Counted from the first letter of the stretch, positions 42,032-52,583 are shown. The stretch is DNA of 64,000 nt from Candidatus Cloacimonadota bacterium (GCA_963667255.1 OY762940.1:288001-352000), one strand, 5' to 3'. Program-made: numbers and translations. The notes: generated by a model from the letters alone, not told the origin.

Positions 42032-43294
42032 ATGAGTAAAATAGTAAAAAATTCGAGAAACACGGGGAACGCTCCCAAATGTGCTTTTTCTACACAAACA
42101 GTAGCTTTTTCCCACTACAACAACATTTCCGCTCAATTGCCTATCGATGCAAAAAGTAGCAAAACCGTTGCAGGTGGAGTGAAAGAACAAGCCGCTCAAT
42201 GCCTCAAAAATATCCAAGCGATTGTGGAGAGCGTTGGTCACATTATGTCTGATGTTGTCAGAGTTAATGTTTACCTCAAAAACATCACTGACCTTGATGC
42301 TGTGAACGAAGTTTACGCAGGCTTCTTCTCTGGCTATTTGCCGACAAGAACAGCTTTTGCCGTGAACGAATTGCCTATGAGCGATGCCCTGGTGATGATG
42401 GATGCCCTTATCTCCAACGGCGAGGGAACAACTCCACAAGACCCTTGTGACTTGGTGAAACTCGTCCGCAACACAAACGATGCTCCATTGAGTGCCATCT
42501 CTACTCAAACTGTCGCTTTTTCTCACTACAATAACATCTCAGCTCAATTGCCTATCGATGCTAAATCTGGCAAAATCGTAGGAGAGAACGCAAAAGACCA
42601 AGCCACTCAATGTTTGAAGAACATCAAGGCGATAATGGAAGCTATCGATGCTCCGTTTGATGACATCGTGAAAATAAACATCCAACTCAGAAATCTTGCC
42701 GACATAGATGCAGTTAATGAAGCTTACAAAACTTTCTTCCCCGATTCTGCGATTGCCAGAGCAGTGGGATATATGCCTGCCCGTTCAGTAGTAGCTGCTA
42801 CAGGCTTGCCGATGGACGCTCTCGTGCAAATCGATGCGACCCTCTCTCACGGAGACGGCACACCGCCACAAGCTGTGGAAGACAGGCACAAACTCGGCAT
42901 CAGTGCTAAAAACACAAGCAACGCTCCTGTAAGCCCAGTCTCTACACAAACTGTGGCTTTCTCCCACTACAACAACATCTCAGGTCAATTGCCTATCGAT
43001 GCTAAGACCGGCAAAATCGTGGGAAGCAACGCCAAAGAGCAAGCTACACAATGTTTGAAAAATCTCCAAGCAATTGTGGAGAGTATTGGTCATGTGATGG
43101 ACGATGCCGTTAAGGTCAACATTCAGCTCAAAAATATCGCCGACCTTGATGCCGTGAACGAGGCTTACACCACATTCTTTAGTGGCGACCTGCCTGCCAG
43201 AACTGTTCTCGGAGTTTCCGAAATCCCGATGAACGCTCTCGTGCAAATTGATGTTATCATTTCCAACGCTGAGAGCACACCACCACAAGCATAA
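42032..43294 (+). CDS. RidA/YjgF family protein with three tandem domains
   Basis: STQTVAFSHYNNIS(A/G)QLPIDAK occurs three times, each followed by Q..QCLKN, AVNE.Y and P(T/A)R. Confidence 0.9.
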   Translation: MSKIVKNSRNTGNAPKCAFSTQTVAFSHYNNISAQLPIDAKSSKTVAGGVKEQAAQCLKNIQAIVESVGHIMSDVVRVNVYLKNITDLDAVNEVYAGFFSGYLPTRTAFAVNELPMSDALVMMDALISNGEGTTPQDPCDLVKLVRNTNDAPLSAISTQTVAFSHYNNISAQLPIDAKSGKIVGENAKDQATQCLKNIKAIMEAIDAPFDDIVKINIQLRNLADIDAVNEAYKTFFPDSAIARAVGYMPARSVVAATGLPMDALVQIDATLSHGDGTPPQAVEDRHKLGISAKNTSNAPVSPVSTQTVAFSHYNNISGQLPIDAKTGKIVGSNAKEQATQCLKNLQAIVESIGHVMDDAVKVNIQLKNIADLDAVNEAYTTFFSGDLPARTVLGVSEIPMNALVQIDVIISNAESTPPQA

Positions 43295-43313
43295 TCTGAA
43301 AAAGAATAATATC

Positions 43314-43344
43314 AAAAGGAACAGGTTTTTCTGTTCCTTTTTTT
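43314..43344 (+). terminator. Intrinsic terminator
   Basis: AAAAGGAACAG-GTTTTT-CTGTTCCTTTT plus T-run. Confidence 0.85.
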
Positions 43345-43740
43345 ATGGGGCATCGATTACTCCTCAAAGTTTTGCTTGACGGAAGAAACAACACATACTT
43401 TTCTGCTGTTATTATTATAGTTAACTACTGGAGATAGATTTTAAACTTAAATTTATGAAATGAAAAATATGAACCTTACAATCATTATTGGCATCATATT
43501 GATAGCCGTAGGAACTTTTCTAACATATTTTGGTAGCCAAAAAAAAGCAAAAGACAGTGAAGATAGAATTATTCAAAAAATTAACCAAACAGAAATCAAA
43601 TTAGAAAATGTTTTAAAAGAGGAAAATCTATCCGACGACGCAAAAAAAAAAGTAATTAAAATAGAAAATGAGTTTGTAGGTTGGGCTGAAAATATTTTTC
43701 AACACATTAATATTCGACGATTAGAAATTACAAAAAATGA

Positions 43741-44851
43741 GGGAGTGTGCAAATAACTGGGTCTGAAATAAGACCTAATTATGTTTGACAGAATAAGTTA
43801 TGAACATTTATTAAAATGCCATGAGTATAATCAAAAAAAACGCTGTCCAAATTGTGATAGCTTAAACACAAAAAAGAAGGGATATATTTTCTCTGAAAGA
43901 ACAACTAATCGTGGGAAAATTAAAGTCAAAACTCAACGATTTTATTGTAAAGATTGCCAAATAAGTTTTACCAATTTTGGATATAATAAGAGAACTCATT
44001 TTGCACCAAAATTCAAAGATAAGGTTGTTACTGACTATATTTCAACCAAAAGTTCTCTTTCTGAAGTTGCTAAAAGACATGGGATTTGTAAAAATAGTAC
44101 TCTTAATTGGATACCTCAGCGAGCTAATTTATATCAGGATAATGTGTTACACAGCAATATAGATGAGACAACAATTTATATTGATGGCAAGGAAATTAAG
44201 ATAAACGGTAAGCGAAAAGTTGTCTTAGTCGCCAGTAGCAAACTACTTGATAAACCAATATATTACAAGATTTATGATAGAGAACATAGTAGTTCATCTG
44301 AAGACTTTTTGAATAGACTAAAAAAAATGTATGACAACAAAATAATTGGGATTGTGTCAGATTTTGGGCGAGGGAAGTGCTTTGTTAAGCCAGTTAACCA
44401 ACTTTTTGAAGATGTTCCACATCAAATTTGCTTGGTTCATTATTTAAGAAGCGTTAATATCAATGTTCCTAAAACAAAAAAGAGTAAGTTTTTTAGACGA
44501 AATATTTTCTTTAAGAACTTGATTAAGAGCATTTTAAATGCTGAAACTTTACAAGAAGCTGAAAATAATTTAAGTTCGCTTAATCACTATGAAAAATTTT
44601 TTCGCCTAAAAATTCATAAGCGTTTTATTAAATCAATTAATCGAAACTTTGGTTTATTAACTGCTCATTTTCATTACGATTTTTTGGATAAAACAACAAA
44701 TAAAATTGAAAATATTAATCGACAATTGAATAGGAAATTAAAAAATTTAGACGGATTTAAATCTGAAAAAAATATGAATCATTTTTTGAAAATTTGGTTC
44801 AATAATTATTCAAAAGGAGTGGAAATTAGACCCAATTAAATGCACGCTCCC
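43741..44851 (+). mobile_element. IS256-family insertion sequence (1111 bp)
   Basis: 24-bp imperfect terminal IRs GGGAGTGTGCAAATAACTGGGTCT / revcomp GGGAGCGTGCATTTAATTGGGTCT; 8-bp target duplication AAAAATGA at 43733-43740 and 44852-44859. Confidence 0.9.
43781..44839 (+). CDS. Transposase (Zn ribbon + HTH + Mutator-like DDE)
   Basis: CPNC..CKDC, YIDG, VSD, HQICLVH, TTNKIENINR. Confidence 0.88.
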   Translation: MFDRISYEHLLKCHEYNQKKRCPNCDSLNTKKKGYIFSERTTNRGKIKVKTQRFYCKDCQISFTNFGYNKRTHFAPKFKDKVVTDYISTKSSLSEVAKRHGICKNSTLNWIPQRANLYQDNVLHSNIDETTIYIDGKEIKINGKRKVVLVASSKLLDKPIYYKIYDREHSSSSEDFLNRLKKMYDNKIIGIVSDFGRGKCFVKPVNQLFEDVPHQICLVHYLRSVNINVPKTKKSKFFRRNIFFKNLIKSILNAETLQEAENNLSSLNHYEKFFRLKIHKRFIKSINRNFGLLTAHFHYDFLDKTTNKIENINRQLNRKLKNLDGFKSEKNMNHFLKIWFNNYSKGVEIRPN

Positions 44852-45429
44852 AAAAATGAGATTCATACTGAGTCTTTAAGAATTGAACTAAACGAAAAAT
44901 GGAAAAGTATATATTTTGATTTTTTCAATAACACTAAAAATATAATCAAAGCCCTCAATAAAACAAATAATTTTCAAATAGAATATAGTTTCCCTACTCT
45001 ACCAACTAATGTTTTTTCTACCAATTATAAAAAATACCAAGCAAAAATAAACTTTAAAAATAATATTCAATGGCTAATTTCTTTAATTCCAAGAAAAAAC
45101 TCAGGTGATAATTTCTTTCCTGCAATAAATATAGAAGTACTGATTGATAATCGTAAACAAGATGAAATAACAATCATACTATATCCTGAAGAAAATAGAT
45201 TTGTTCAACACATTTTATATAGTCCTTATTTGAATTTACCACTAGAGAGTAAAGAAAGAACGATATCTAATTTAATAGAAAACATTAAAGAAATGGTTGA
45301 GTTACAACTAATAAAAATTAATTCAAGCAAATAATTTCTTTTAACTCTTTCCCCCATCTTCCCTCAAAAATTCTTGACATTCTCACGGTTACTTTTGAAC
45401 CTAACTGAAAAACAAAACAGGAAGATAAA

Positions 45430-46203
45430 ATGAAAAAGACCATCATTGCAGGTAACTGGAAAATGAACAAAAACTTGGCGGAAGCTAAAGATTTTTTTAC
45501 ACAAATCAACGCTAAAATCAAGAACTCACCTCTCGTCAATTCGCAATGTATTTTGTGCACGCCATCCCTCTACTTGGTGGAAGCCGCCGACTACAAAATC
45601 GCTCCGCACTTGCTCTTCGGTGGAGAAGATATCTCCGCTCACGACAACGGTGCCTACACTGGCGAAATCTCTGCCGATATGCTCGCCTCTGCCGACTGTG
45701 ACTATTGCATCGTTGGGCACTCCGAGAGACGCGAATACCACGGCGAAACCAACGAACTCTTGAACCAAAAGCTTTTCCGCCTTCAAGAAAAAAATATAAC
45801 TCCAATCTACTGCATCGGCGAGAGTTTGGAGCAACGAGAAAGTGGCGACACCGAGAAAGTCTTGCAAACTCAACTCGAAGAAGGCTTAAAAGATTTCGAC
45901 GCTACCAAAGGTCTTGTCATCGCCTACGAACCCATCTGGGCTATCGGCACGGGCAAAGCCGCCACAGCAGAAATGGCACAAGAAGTCCACGCATTCATCA
46001 GAAACTGGCTCTCCGCAAGATACTCCGATGCCATCGCTCAGCAAATCCCCATCCTCTACGGTGGCAGTATGAAACCGGAGAATATCGCAGAGCTCATCAA
46101 ACAAACTGACATTGACGGAGGACTAATCGGCGGAGCAGCTCTGAAAATCGACAGCTACTGGAAAATGGTGGAGATTGCCGAAGGAAAAGGAAAGAAATGT
46201 TAG
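45430..46203 (+). CDS. tpiA: Triosephosphate isomerase
   Basis: AGNWKMN, GHSERR, AYEPIWAIGTG, LYGGS. Confidence 0.97.
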   Translation: MKKTIIAGNWKMNKNLAEAKDFFTQINAKIKNSPLVNSQCILCTPSLYLVEAADYKIAPHLLFGGEDISAHDNGAYTGEISADMLASADCDYCIVGHSERREYHGETNELLNQKLFRLQEKNITPIYCIGESLEQRESGDTEKVLQTQLEEGLKDFDATKGLVIAYEPIWAIGTGKAATAEMAQEVHAFIRNWLSARYSDAIAQQIPILYGGSMKPENIAELIKQTDIDGGLIGGAALKIDSYWKMVEIAEGKGKKC

Positions 46204-47459
46204 ATATCAAATTTGTCTGTGAAAACCAAGATAAAGTCAAAACCAACCTTGTGGCGAAGAAAGTCGATTTGGACTTGGACGAACTGATTGATTTGGAAGA
46301 GAACCGCAAAAAAGCTCTCTTCGCCTATGAGACTAAGAAAGCCGAGCAAAACAAAATCTCCAAGCTAATCGGGCAATACAAGAGCGAGAGCAAAGACACG
46401 AAAGAGATTTTTGACCAAGTGCAAGATTTGTCCAAGCAACTGAAAGACGAAGCCAACGAAATCTCGGAAATCCAAAAGAGTATCCGAGAGCTCAGTCTGA
46501 AGCTACCCAATATGTTGGACGAAGATGTGCCAGCGGGAAATTCCGACCAAGACAACCGTTTCCTCAAGGAATGGGGCAAGAAGAAAGAATTCAATTTCGA
46601 GCCGAAAAACCACTTGGAATTGGCTAAGATAAACAACCTCTTGGATTTCGATGTTGCCGCCAAGCTCAGCGGTAGCGGGTTCGCACTCCACACGGGCATC
46701 GGTGCTAAAATAGAACGGGGGCTGATAAATTTCATGCTCGACTTCCACGCCACCAAGCACGGCTATCACGAACTGAATATTCCATTCGTGGTAAACACCA
46801 AAGCTATGACAGCCACGGGGCAACTCCCTAAGATGCAAGAAGATATGTATAAGATAGAATGCGAAGACCTCTACCTGATTCCCACTGCGGAAGTGCCTGT
46901 TACCAACTATTTTGCCGACTGTGCTCTCTCCTACAAAGATTTGCCCAAGAAATTTATGGCATACTCCGCCTGTTTCCGCAAAGAGGCTGGTTCTTACGGC
47001 AAAGAAACCAAGGGTTTACAGCGACTACACCAATTCAACAAAGTGGAGTTAGTGCAAATATCCAAGCCGAGCCAATCACCTTTGGCACTGGAAAACATTT
47101 TGTCCGATGCTTGCGAAATACTGGAAGCTCTCAATCTGCATTACAGAGTAGTTACCCTGTGTAGCGGAGACACAAGTTTCTCTTCTGCCAAGACTTACGA
47201 CATCGAGATATGGGCTCCAGGAGAACAAAAATATTTGGAAGTCTCCTCCGTGAGCAACTTTAGAGATTTCCAAGCCAGACGCGCCAACATCAGATACAAA
47301 GACGAAAACGGCAAACCCCAATTCGCACACACATTGAACGGCTCAGGCGTGGCTCTCCCTCGCTTATTTATCGCCCTGATAGAGACATACCAAAAAGAAG
47401 ACGGAACTATCGAATTACCAAACATACTCAAACCATACATTAACGGAGGAATCTCATGA
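46197..47459 (+). CDS. serS: Serine--tRNA ligase
   Basis: LIPTAEVP, FRKEAG, RLHQFNKVE, HTLNGSG. Confidence 0.97.
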   Translation: MLDIKFVCENQDKVKTNLVAKKVDLDLDELIDLEENRKKALFAYETKKAEQNKISKLIGQYKSESKDTKEIFDQVQDLSKQLKDEANEISEIQKSIRELSLKLPNMLDEDVPAGNSDQDNRFLKEWGKKKEFNFEPKNHLELAKINNLLDFDVAAKLSGSGFALHTGIGAKIERGLINFMLDFHATKHGYHELNIPFVVNTKAMTATGQLPKMQEDMYKIECEDLYLIPTAEVPVTNYFADCALSYKDLPKKFMAYSACFRKEAGSYGKETKGLQRLHQFNKVELVQISKPSQSPLALENILSDACEILEALNLHYRVVTLCSGDTSFSSAKTYDIEIWAPGEQKYLEVSSVSNFRDFQARRANIRYKDENGKPQFAHTLNGSGVALPRLFIALIETYQKEDGTIELPNILKPYINGGIS

Positions 47460-47917
47460 ATAAAAAAATATCCCTTATTGTAGGAGTCGTTCTCATTATT
47501 TTGGTAATTGCAATTTATTTTGTAACCAGACCAATTCCTTTGGTTAAACCGCTGGAGCTGAAAAATGTTTTGGCAAAAAATTTGGCTGAAAACGGCACCG
47601 GAACTATCATCGACCTCAAAACCGTCGGCGATTTCGATTGGGACGAACTCTACATCTTGTCCCCATATCGCAAGAACATAAAAGGGCTGAAAGGGCAAGA
47701 GGAACTCCTCGGCAAAATCAATATCGACCCAAACACCTGCATTCTCGTTTTTGCCAAAGGCAAAGTGGTTAACGGATTTTCCGCTATTCCCAGAGACCTC
47801 GTGGATTTTACACTGCTCAACGAAAACTACCCGAAAGAGAAAGCCAGATTTAGACTGCAAAAGAGACCTTTCAACGGACCCGGCAACAAACCTTGGTATA
47901 ATGTCATAACATTCTAA
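47456..47917 (+). CDS. Hypothetical membrane-anchored protein
   Basis: N-terminal TM, FDWDELYILSPY; overlaps the serS stop (ATGA). Confidence 0.7.
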   Translation: MNKKISLIVGVVLIILVIAIYFVTRPIPLVKPLELKNVLAKNLAENGTGTIIDLKTVGDFDWDELYILSPYRKNIKGLKGQEELLGKINIDPNTCILVFAKGKVVNGFSAIPRDLVDFTLLNENYPKEKARFRLQKRPFNGPGNKPWYNVITF

Positions 47918-48877
47918 ATGGGTAAATCTCCGAAAATAGTCTTTGCCGGTTCTCCCGAATTTGCACTTCCCACGCTGCAAGCACTTGCCAAGACGGAGCT
48001 ATGCCCGTGCCTTGTGATTACTATGCCGGACAGCAAACAGGGACGAGGCAAAAAGCTGACTCCGACTCCCGTGAAAATCCTCGCAGAAAAGTTGGGGATA
48101 GAATTGAGAGCCTCTGCCAACATAAACGAAAATTACGAAGAACTGGAAAAAATCGCTCCCGATATCTTGGTGACTGTTGCCTACGGCGGATATCTGCAAG
48201 CAAAAATCAGAAAACTCCCCCAATACGGTTGCCTAAACCTTCATCCATCCCTGCTTCCCCTATATCGAGGTGCAAATCCCATCAAGTATCCGCTTCTGCA
48301 CGGAGACAAAACAAGCGGTTACACTATTTTCAAGATGGTCGCCAAAATGGATGCAGGTCCTATTTATCATCAAGAAAAAATCAGTATCGAGCCTAACGAC
48401 AACTTCCAGTCTCTTCACGACAAACTCGCAAGTCACGGAGCAAAAGGGATGATAAGCACCATCAGGGAGATTTTGAACGGCAATCTCGAAGCAACTCCAC
48501 AAAGCGATGCGCTGGCTACCTACACGGAAAAGACTGCCAAAGAAGACACTTATATAGATTGGGACAGCTCAGCGGAAAACATCCGCAATTTCATCAGAGC
48601 CTACAGCCCAACTCCTGGAGCTATCGCCTTTTTGGGTGGCTCTCCCATAAAAATATTGGCAAGTCAACTCACGGAAAGCAAAGCAACCTCTGCTCCCGGG
48701 ACTATCTGCGAGATTGTCAAAAACCAAGGGTTTGTTGTCGCTACCAGAGATTCCGATTTGCTCATCACACTCGTGCAACCGGCTGGGAAAAAACCGATGC
48801 CGGCTTTCGACTTTACCCTGGGGCAAAAAGAGTTGCTCCATAAAAATTTCGAGAAAAGCAATGGCTCTAATTCTTAG
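47918..48877 (+). CDS. fmt: Methionyl-tRNA formyltransferase
   Basis: FAGSPEFA, VAYG, NLHPSLLP.YRGA, MDAG, QPAGKK. Confidence 0.95.
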   Translation: MGKSPKIVFAGSPEFALPTLQALAKTELCPCLVITMPDSKQGRGKKLTPTPVKILAEKLGIELRASANINENYEELEKIAPDILVTVAYGGYLQAKIRKLPQYGCLNLHPSLLPLYRGANPIKYPLLHGDKTSGYTIFKMVAKMDAGPIYHQEKISIEPNDNFQSLHDKLASHGAKGMISTIREILNGNLEATPQSDALATYTEKTAKEDTYIDWDSSAENIRNFIRAYSPTPGAIAFLGGSPIKILASQLTESKATSAPGTICEIVKNQGFVVATRDSDLLITLVQPAGKKPMPAFDFTLGQKELLHKNFEKSNGSNS

Positions 48878-49373
48878 ATTTCTGCTAAATCTCGGCTTCT
48901 CATTGCTGTTAGTCCCTGCCAAAATCTTCGGCATAAAAACACAACTCCGCACCAAATACATCGCTCTTTCCAACAAATTGAGTAGCAAAGGGAAAGTGAA
49001 AGCGGAAAATATTCTGCTCCTGCTACCGCACTGTTTTCAGATTAGCGATTGCCCTATCCGCATCACGACCGACATCCGCAACTGCAAAAAATGTGGTCGT
49101 TGTCAAATGACGGAAGTGCTGAATTTGCAAGAAAAATACGGAATAGGGGTCGCCATCGCCACAGGTGGTTCGTTGGCACGCAAGAAAATCATCGAAGCGA
49201 AACCCAAGCTGGTAATCGCTGCTGCCTGCTACAGAGACCTCTCCGAGGGAATCCACGATATCTATCCCATGCAAGTCATCGGCTCGCTCATCTCCAGACC
49301 AAACGGACCTTGCCAAGACACCAAGCTGAACATAGAAGAAATCGAAGCCATTATCAAAAAAAACACAAAATGA
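48861..49373 (+). CDS. DUF116 domain protein
   Basis: LLLPHC, CKKCGRC, ATGG, AC.RDL..G, NGPC.DT; follows fmt. Confidence 0.85.
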   Translation: MALILRFLLNLGFSLLLVPAKIFGIKTQLRTKYIALSNKLSSKGKVKAENILLLLPHCFQISDCPIRITTDIRNCKKCGRCQMTEVLNLQEKYGIGVAIATGGSLARKKIIEAKPKLVIAAACYRDLSEGIHDIYPMQVIGSLISRPNGPCQDTKLNIEEIEAIIKKNTK

Positions 49374-51067
49374 AAAAGAACAACCCTGACTTCTCTATCC
49401 GAGAATTTGAAAAACTCTCTTCGTGCTTCACGCTCTCCGATATGGAAATTTTCGTCTTCCCCGAGCTTTTTTACTCGCTCGTCCTCGCCAATATCTGCTC
49501 TCCCATAATTTGGGAATGGAGAAACGACCCGTGGTTCAAGGATATCGACAAAAAAAACGATTTGCAAAAAGTTAACCGCATCAAGCAGTTCATCATGGAC
49601 AATTTCCAATTCAACCTCGATTTGCAAACTTGGGGACTCACGAACAAACTGACCGAAGTAAACCGCTTCAAAGAGTTTGTCGATATGGACATCTTGGCAA
49701 AATCCAACGCCCTCTTCGGCTATCACGGCGACAAATACTATTTCGACATCGACATCCGCAAGCACTTCGGCTTGGACAAATACAACGGCGACACTATCCC
49801 CTACTGGAAAACGGAAACCGTGGAAGCCATGAGTGCTTTTTGCCACAAACCAGAATACGAAAACGGAGCAGGCGAGTGCGTCTCCTTTGCCTGTCTATAC
49901 GCCGCAGCCCTTTTCATCATCGGGAAAATACCACTGGAAAAAATCTACCTAATGGCGACACCCTTGCACTCACAAAATTTCATCGACATCGACCAAGGCA
50001 TCCTGACCAACAATCGCCGAATAGTCACCAAAAATATGTGGTATAACGGCACAGAACTCTCCGACAAAGCCAGACGCGCACTGGAAAACGAGCAAATCAC
50101 AATGGTCTGCCATCTCAGCGGTTATGTCCACTCCATCTACAACGACGCCTCCATCGACTCCGAGGCGTTTCGATATTTTCGGCAAAAATTGTCCTCTTTC
50201 CTCTCGCATCAACCCGATTCGGACACCTTCCGCAACTTCCTTCGCACAAAGCCGGAATTTCAGCAATATTTCCAATTCCCTTTCAAAATCAAAGAGACAA
50301 CATACTACATCGAAGTGGAAAAATTGTTCGCCTATGAGCAAAACTCCAAAAACAACTTTTCGGACAAATCAAAAAAAGCCCTTTTGCAAGAGATAAATAC
50401 CGCAAAATTGAGCCAATCTCCTCTCGAAAATCGGACAAATTTGAAAGATTTTGAGAAGCACTTGATAAAGAAGAAAGGAAAATTTTCCTGCCAAAAAGCG
50501 TTGGATATCTTGGAGCAATATCAACAATTCATCCATGTTAACCCGCATTTCCCCTGTGTGATGAAGAACTATCTGCAAACCCCAACTTTGGAAATAAACT
50601 CGGAGATGACCCGAGAACAAATCTTGGACTACCTCGTCTCATCCGCCGAGCAAAACAAAACAGCCGAATATTTTCTCTACACTTACCGCCTGATGAACAA
50701 AATCGATTGGGAGCCGTTTTTATACGCCTGCTTTACCCGCAGTCCCATCTGCTTGGAAACTTTCGGCACATTGGACGAGGAGCAATTATATAACGAACTC
50801 GGCAAAATGAGCAACAACTCCATCTACGATGCCTCACGGCTTGCCACTCCAGACGAAGCCTGCAACTTCAAGACAGCAGACGGCATAGAAAAAGCTATCA
50901 TCATGGCAACCTGCTTCCCGAAGAAAGCCAAAAAAATTGAGATTACAGAAAAGGAAGCGACTATTGCTATCGGCAATAACGCCTACAAATTTCAGTCAGA
51001 TAAGAGTATCACGAAAACTCTTGATTTGAAAAAAATCTTTTCTCTGATAAAATCCCTCAGAAGTTAG
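49370..51067 (+). CDS. Large hypothetical protein (565 aa), possible transglutaminase-like Cys protease
   Basis: True start is ATG 49370, overlapping the previous stop; host-like codon usage; GAGECVS..H..D motifs. Confidence 0.75.
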   Translation: MKKNNPDFSIREFEKLSSCFTLSDMEIFVFPELFYSLVLANICSPIIWEWRNDPWFKDIDKKNDLQKVNRIKQFIMDNFQFNLDLQTWGLTNKLTEVNRFKEFVDMDILAKSNALFGYHGDKYYFDIDIRKHFGLDKYNGDTIPYWKTETVEAMSAFCHKPEYENGAGECVSFACLYAAALFIIGKIPLEKIYLMATPLHSQNFIDIDQGILTNNRRIVTKNMWYNGTELSDKARRALENEQITMVCHLSGYVHSIYNDASIDSEAFRYFRQKLSSFLSHQPDSDTFRNFLRTKPEFQQYFQFPFKIKETTYYIEVEKLFAYEQNSKNNFSDKSKKALLQEINTAKLSQSPLENRTNLKDFEKHLIKKKGKFSCQKALDILEQYQQFIHVNPHFPCVMKNYLQTPTLEINSEMTREQILDYLVSSAEQNKTAEYFLYTYRLMNKIDWEPFLYACFTRSPICLETFGTLDEEQLYNELGKMSNNSIYDASRLATPDEACNFKTADGIEKAIIMATCFPKKAKKIEITEKEATIAIGNNAYKFQSDKSITKTLDLKKIFSLIKSLRS

Positions 51068-51779
51068 ACAACGAATCTAACCGCAAAAATTCGTGCAAAA
51101 ACTTCTTGCTCTCTTCCGATTGAAAACGGCTATCTTTGAGCAAGAACTCCGAACCCTCGCTTCTGAACTGCTCAGCAGAGCTGACGATATGATTTAGAAT
51201 GTCCTCTATCCTAGCCTCTATCACCCAGCGGACAAACCCCATGGAAAGCAAATTGTTCACGAACTTACTCTCGTTGAACACATAGACCCGCAACACATAG
51301 TGGCAACCGACAGCAGACGAGTCTATATCCAGCAATGCCAAGACCGTTCCGGACAGATGCCACCACAAAAAATTCCCTTCACCCGAACCGTAATAAATCC
51401 TCTTATCCACTTGCTCGAAAGACGACAAAAAAACCATCTGCCCCGTGAGACCTTTCACTCTCGCCAAAAAATTCCTCTTGTCACCACTCGTATATTTCAC
51501 TTCATAATCCGTCTGCTGACAAACATTGACCATCTCAGCAGTCATCGGCAAATTTTCAAAAAGAAAATTCAGAGTCGGCACACTTAGCGGGACATCACCT
51601 TGCAGGGAGTATTCAACGCGATTGGGAATCTTCAACTCCTCCTGCACTCTCCACCCCCAATATCCCGAAAAATCGAAGTCCCTTTCACATAACCTCGAAC
51701 GCAAAGAGTCGCTCTCCGCCCACAAAGAACAGAGAAGCAAACTGCAAAAAACAACACAAATTTTTTTCAACTGTAACAC
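51057..51779 (-). CDS. Hypothetical secreted protein
   Basis: Signal-peptide-like N-terminus; fills the gap between convergent/divergent neighbours. Confidence 0.65.
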   Translation of the reverse strand: MLQLKKICVVFCSLLLCSLWAESDSLRSRLCERDFDFSGYWGWRVQEELKIPNRVEYSLQGDVPLSVPTLNFLFENLPMTAEMVNVCQQTDYEVKYTSGDKRNFLARVKGLTGQMVFLSSFEQVDKRIYYGSGEGNFLWWHLSGTVLALLDIDSSAVGCHYVLRVYVFNESKFVNNLLSMGFVRWVIEARIEDILNHIVSSAEQFRSEGSEFLLKDSRFQSEESKKFLHEFLRLDSLSNF

Positions 51780-51890
51780 TCCAATCTCAAAAACACTCTA
51801 ATTCATTAATTTATAAAATATTTACTTGACAAATAGCCTACCAAAACCAGCATATTTGGAAATCAAAACAAATTCGGAGAAAAAATAGAA

Positions 51891-52583
51891 ATGATCCAAA
51901 AAAAATATCTAGCACCAAACGGATGCACTTTGTCAAGCCTTATAGTCGGACTTATCGCCATGCAGCAAGTCGTCAACCACGAATATATACAAGCATGCTG
52001 GCTCATAACTCTTTGCATGATTTTCGACCTCTTCGACGGCAAATTAGCCCGCAAATTCGAGGCTTTTAGCGATTTCGGAGCGGAACTCGACTCGCTCGTG
52101 GATTTCCTAAGTTTCGGAGTTGCCCCAGCTTTTTTGGCTTACAACCTGCTACTAATCAAAAAACCTCTGCTTGGAGGTATTCTCTGCATCTTCTATGTGA
52201 TTTGTGCCGTCTCCAGACTCGCTAGATTTAATGTCAATCTCACCGATATGGAAGTCAAGCACGATTTCAAAGGATTACCCGTTCCGGCTGCCGCAGCACT
52301 CATCGTGGCATACATAATATTCTCTACTCGTTTCCCGCACAAAGGATTTGCAACTTACCTCACAGCCATCATCTTAGCCACCTCGTTCATGATGATTAGC
52401 AACATCCAGTTCCGACCCATAAAGGCGTCAGGTGGAAAAAAGATTTACGGAAAAGTCTTCGTCCTCCTCATCCTCATCGCTTCCATAGAATACGCCTCTT
52501 ACATCTACTTCCCGCTCTGTATCTTCTTGCTTTTAAAAAATTTGATTTTGAACATTGGACAAAAAAATCAAAAAAGCGATTAA
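51891..52583 (+). CDS. pssA: CDP-diacylglycerol--serine O-phosphatidyltransferase
   Basis: DLFDGKLAR..S.FGAELDSLVD, RLARFN, F.GLPVP. Confidence 0.9.
   Translation: MIQKKYLAPNGCTLSSLIVGLIAMQQVVNHEYIQACWLITLCMIFDLFDGKLARKFEAFSDFGAELDSLVDFLSFGVAPAFLAYNLLLIKKPLLGGILCIFYVICAVSRLARFNVNLTDMEVKHDFKGLPVPAAAALIVAYIIFSTRFPHKGFATYLTAIILATSFMMISNIQFRPIKASGGKKIYGKVFVLLILIASIEYASYIYFPLCIFLLLKNLILNIGQKNQKSD

Larger units (their letters stand above)
43460..45334 (+). pseudogene. AT-rich orphan membrane-anchored protein gene split by an IS (reconstructed 251 aa)
   Basis: Removing 43741-44851 and one AAAAATGA copy joins ...LEITKNE|IHTESLR... in frame (756 nt). Confidence 0.85.

Noticed and set aside
42032..43294. 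Regularly spaced near-identical DNA blocks as a CRISPR-like array
   Set aside because: They are coding repeats of the three RidA domains. No CRISPR array, tRNA or rRNA was seen in the window.
49049..49369. N-terminal extension of the 672-aa ORF
   Set aside because: It overlaps the DUF116 gene in another frame; ATG 49370 is the plausible start.
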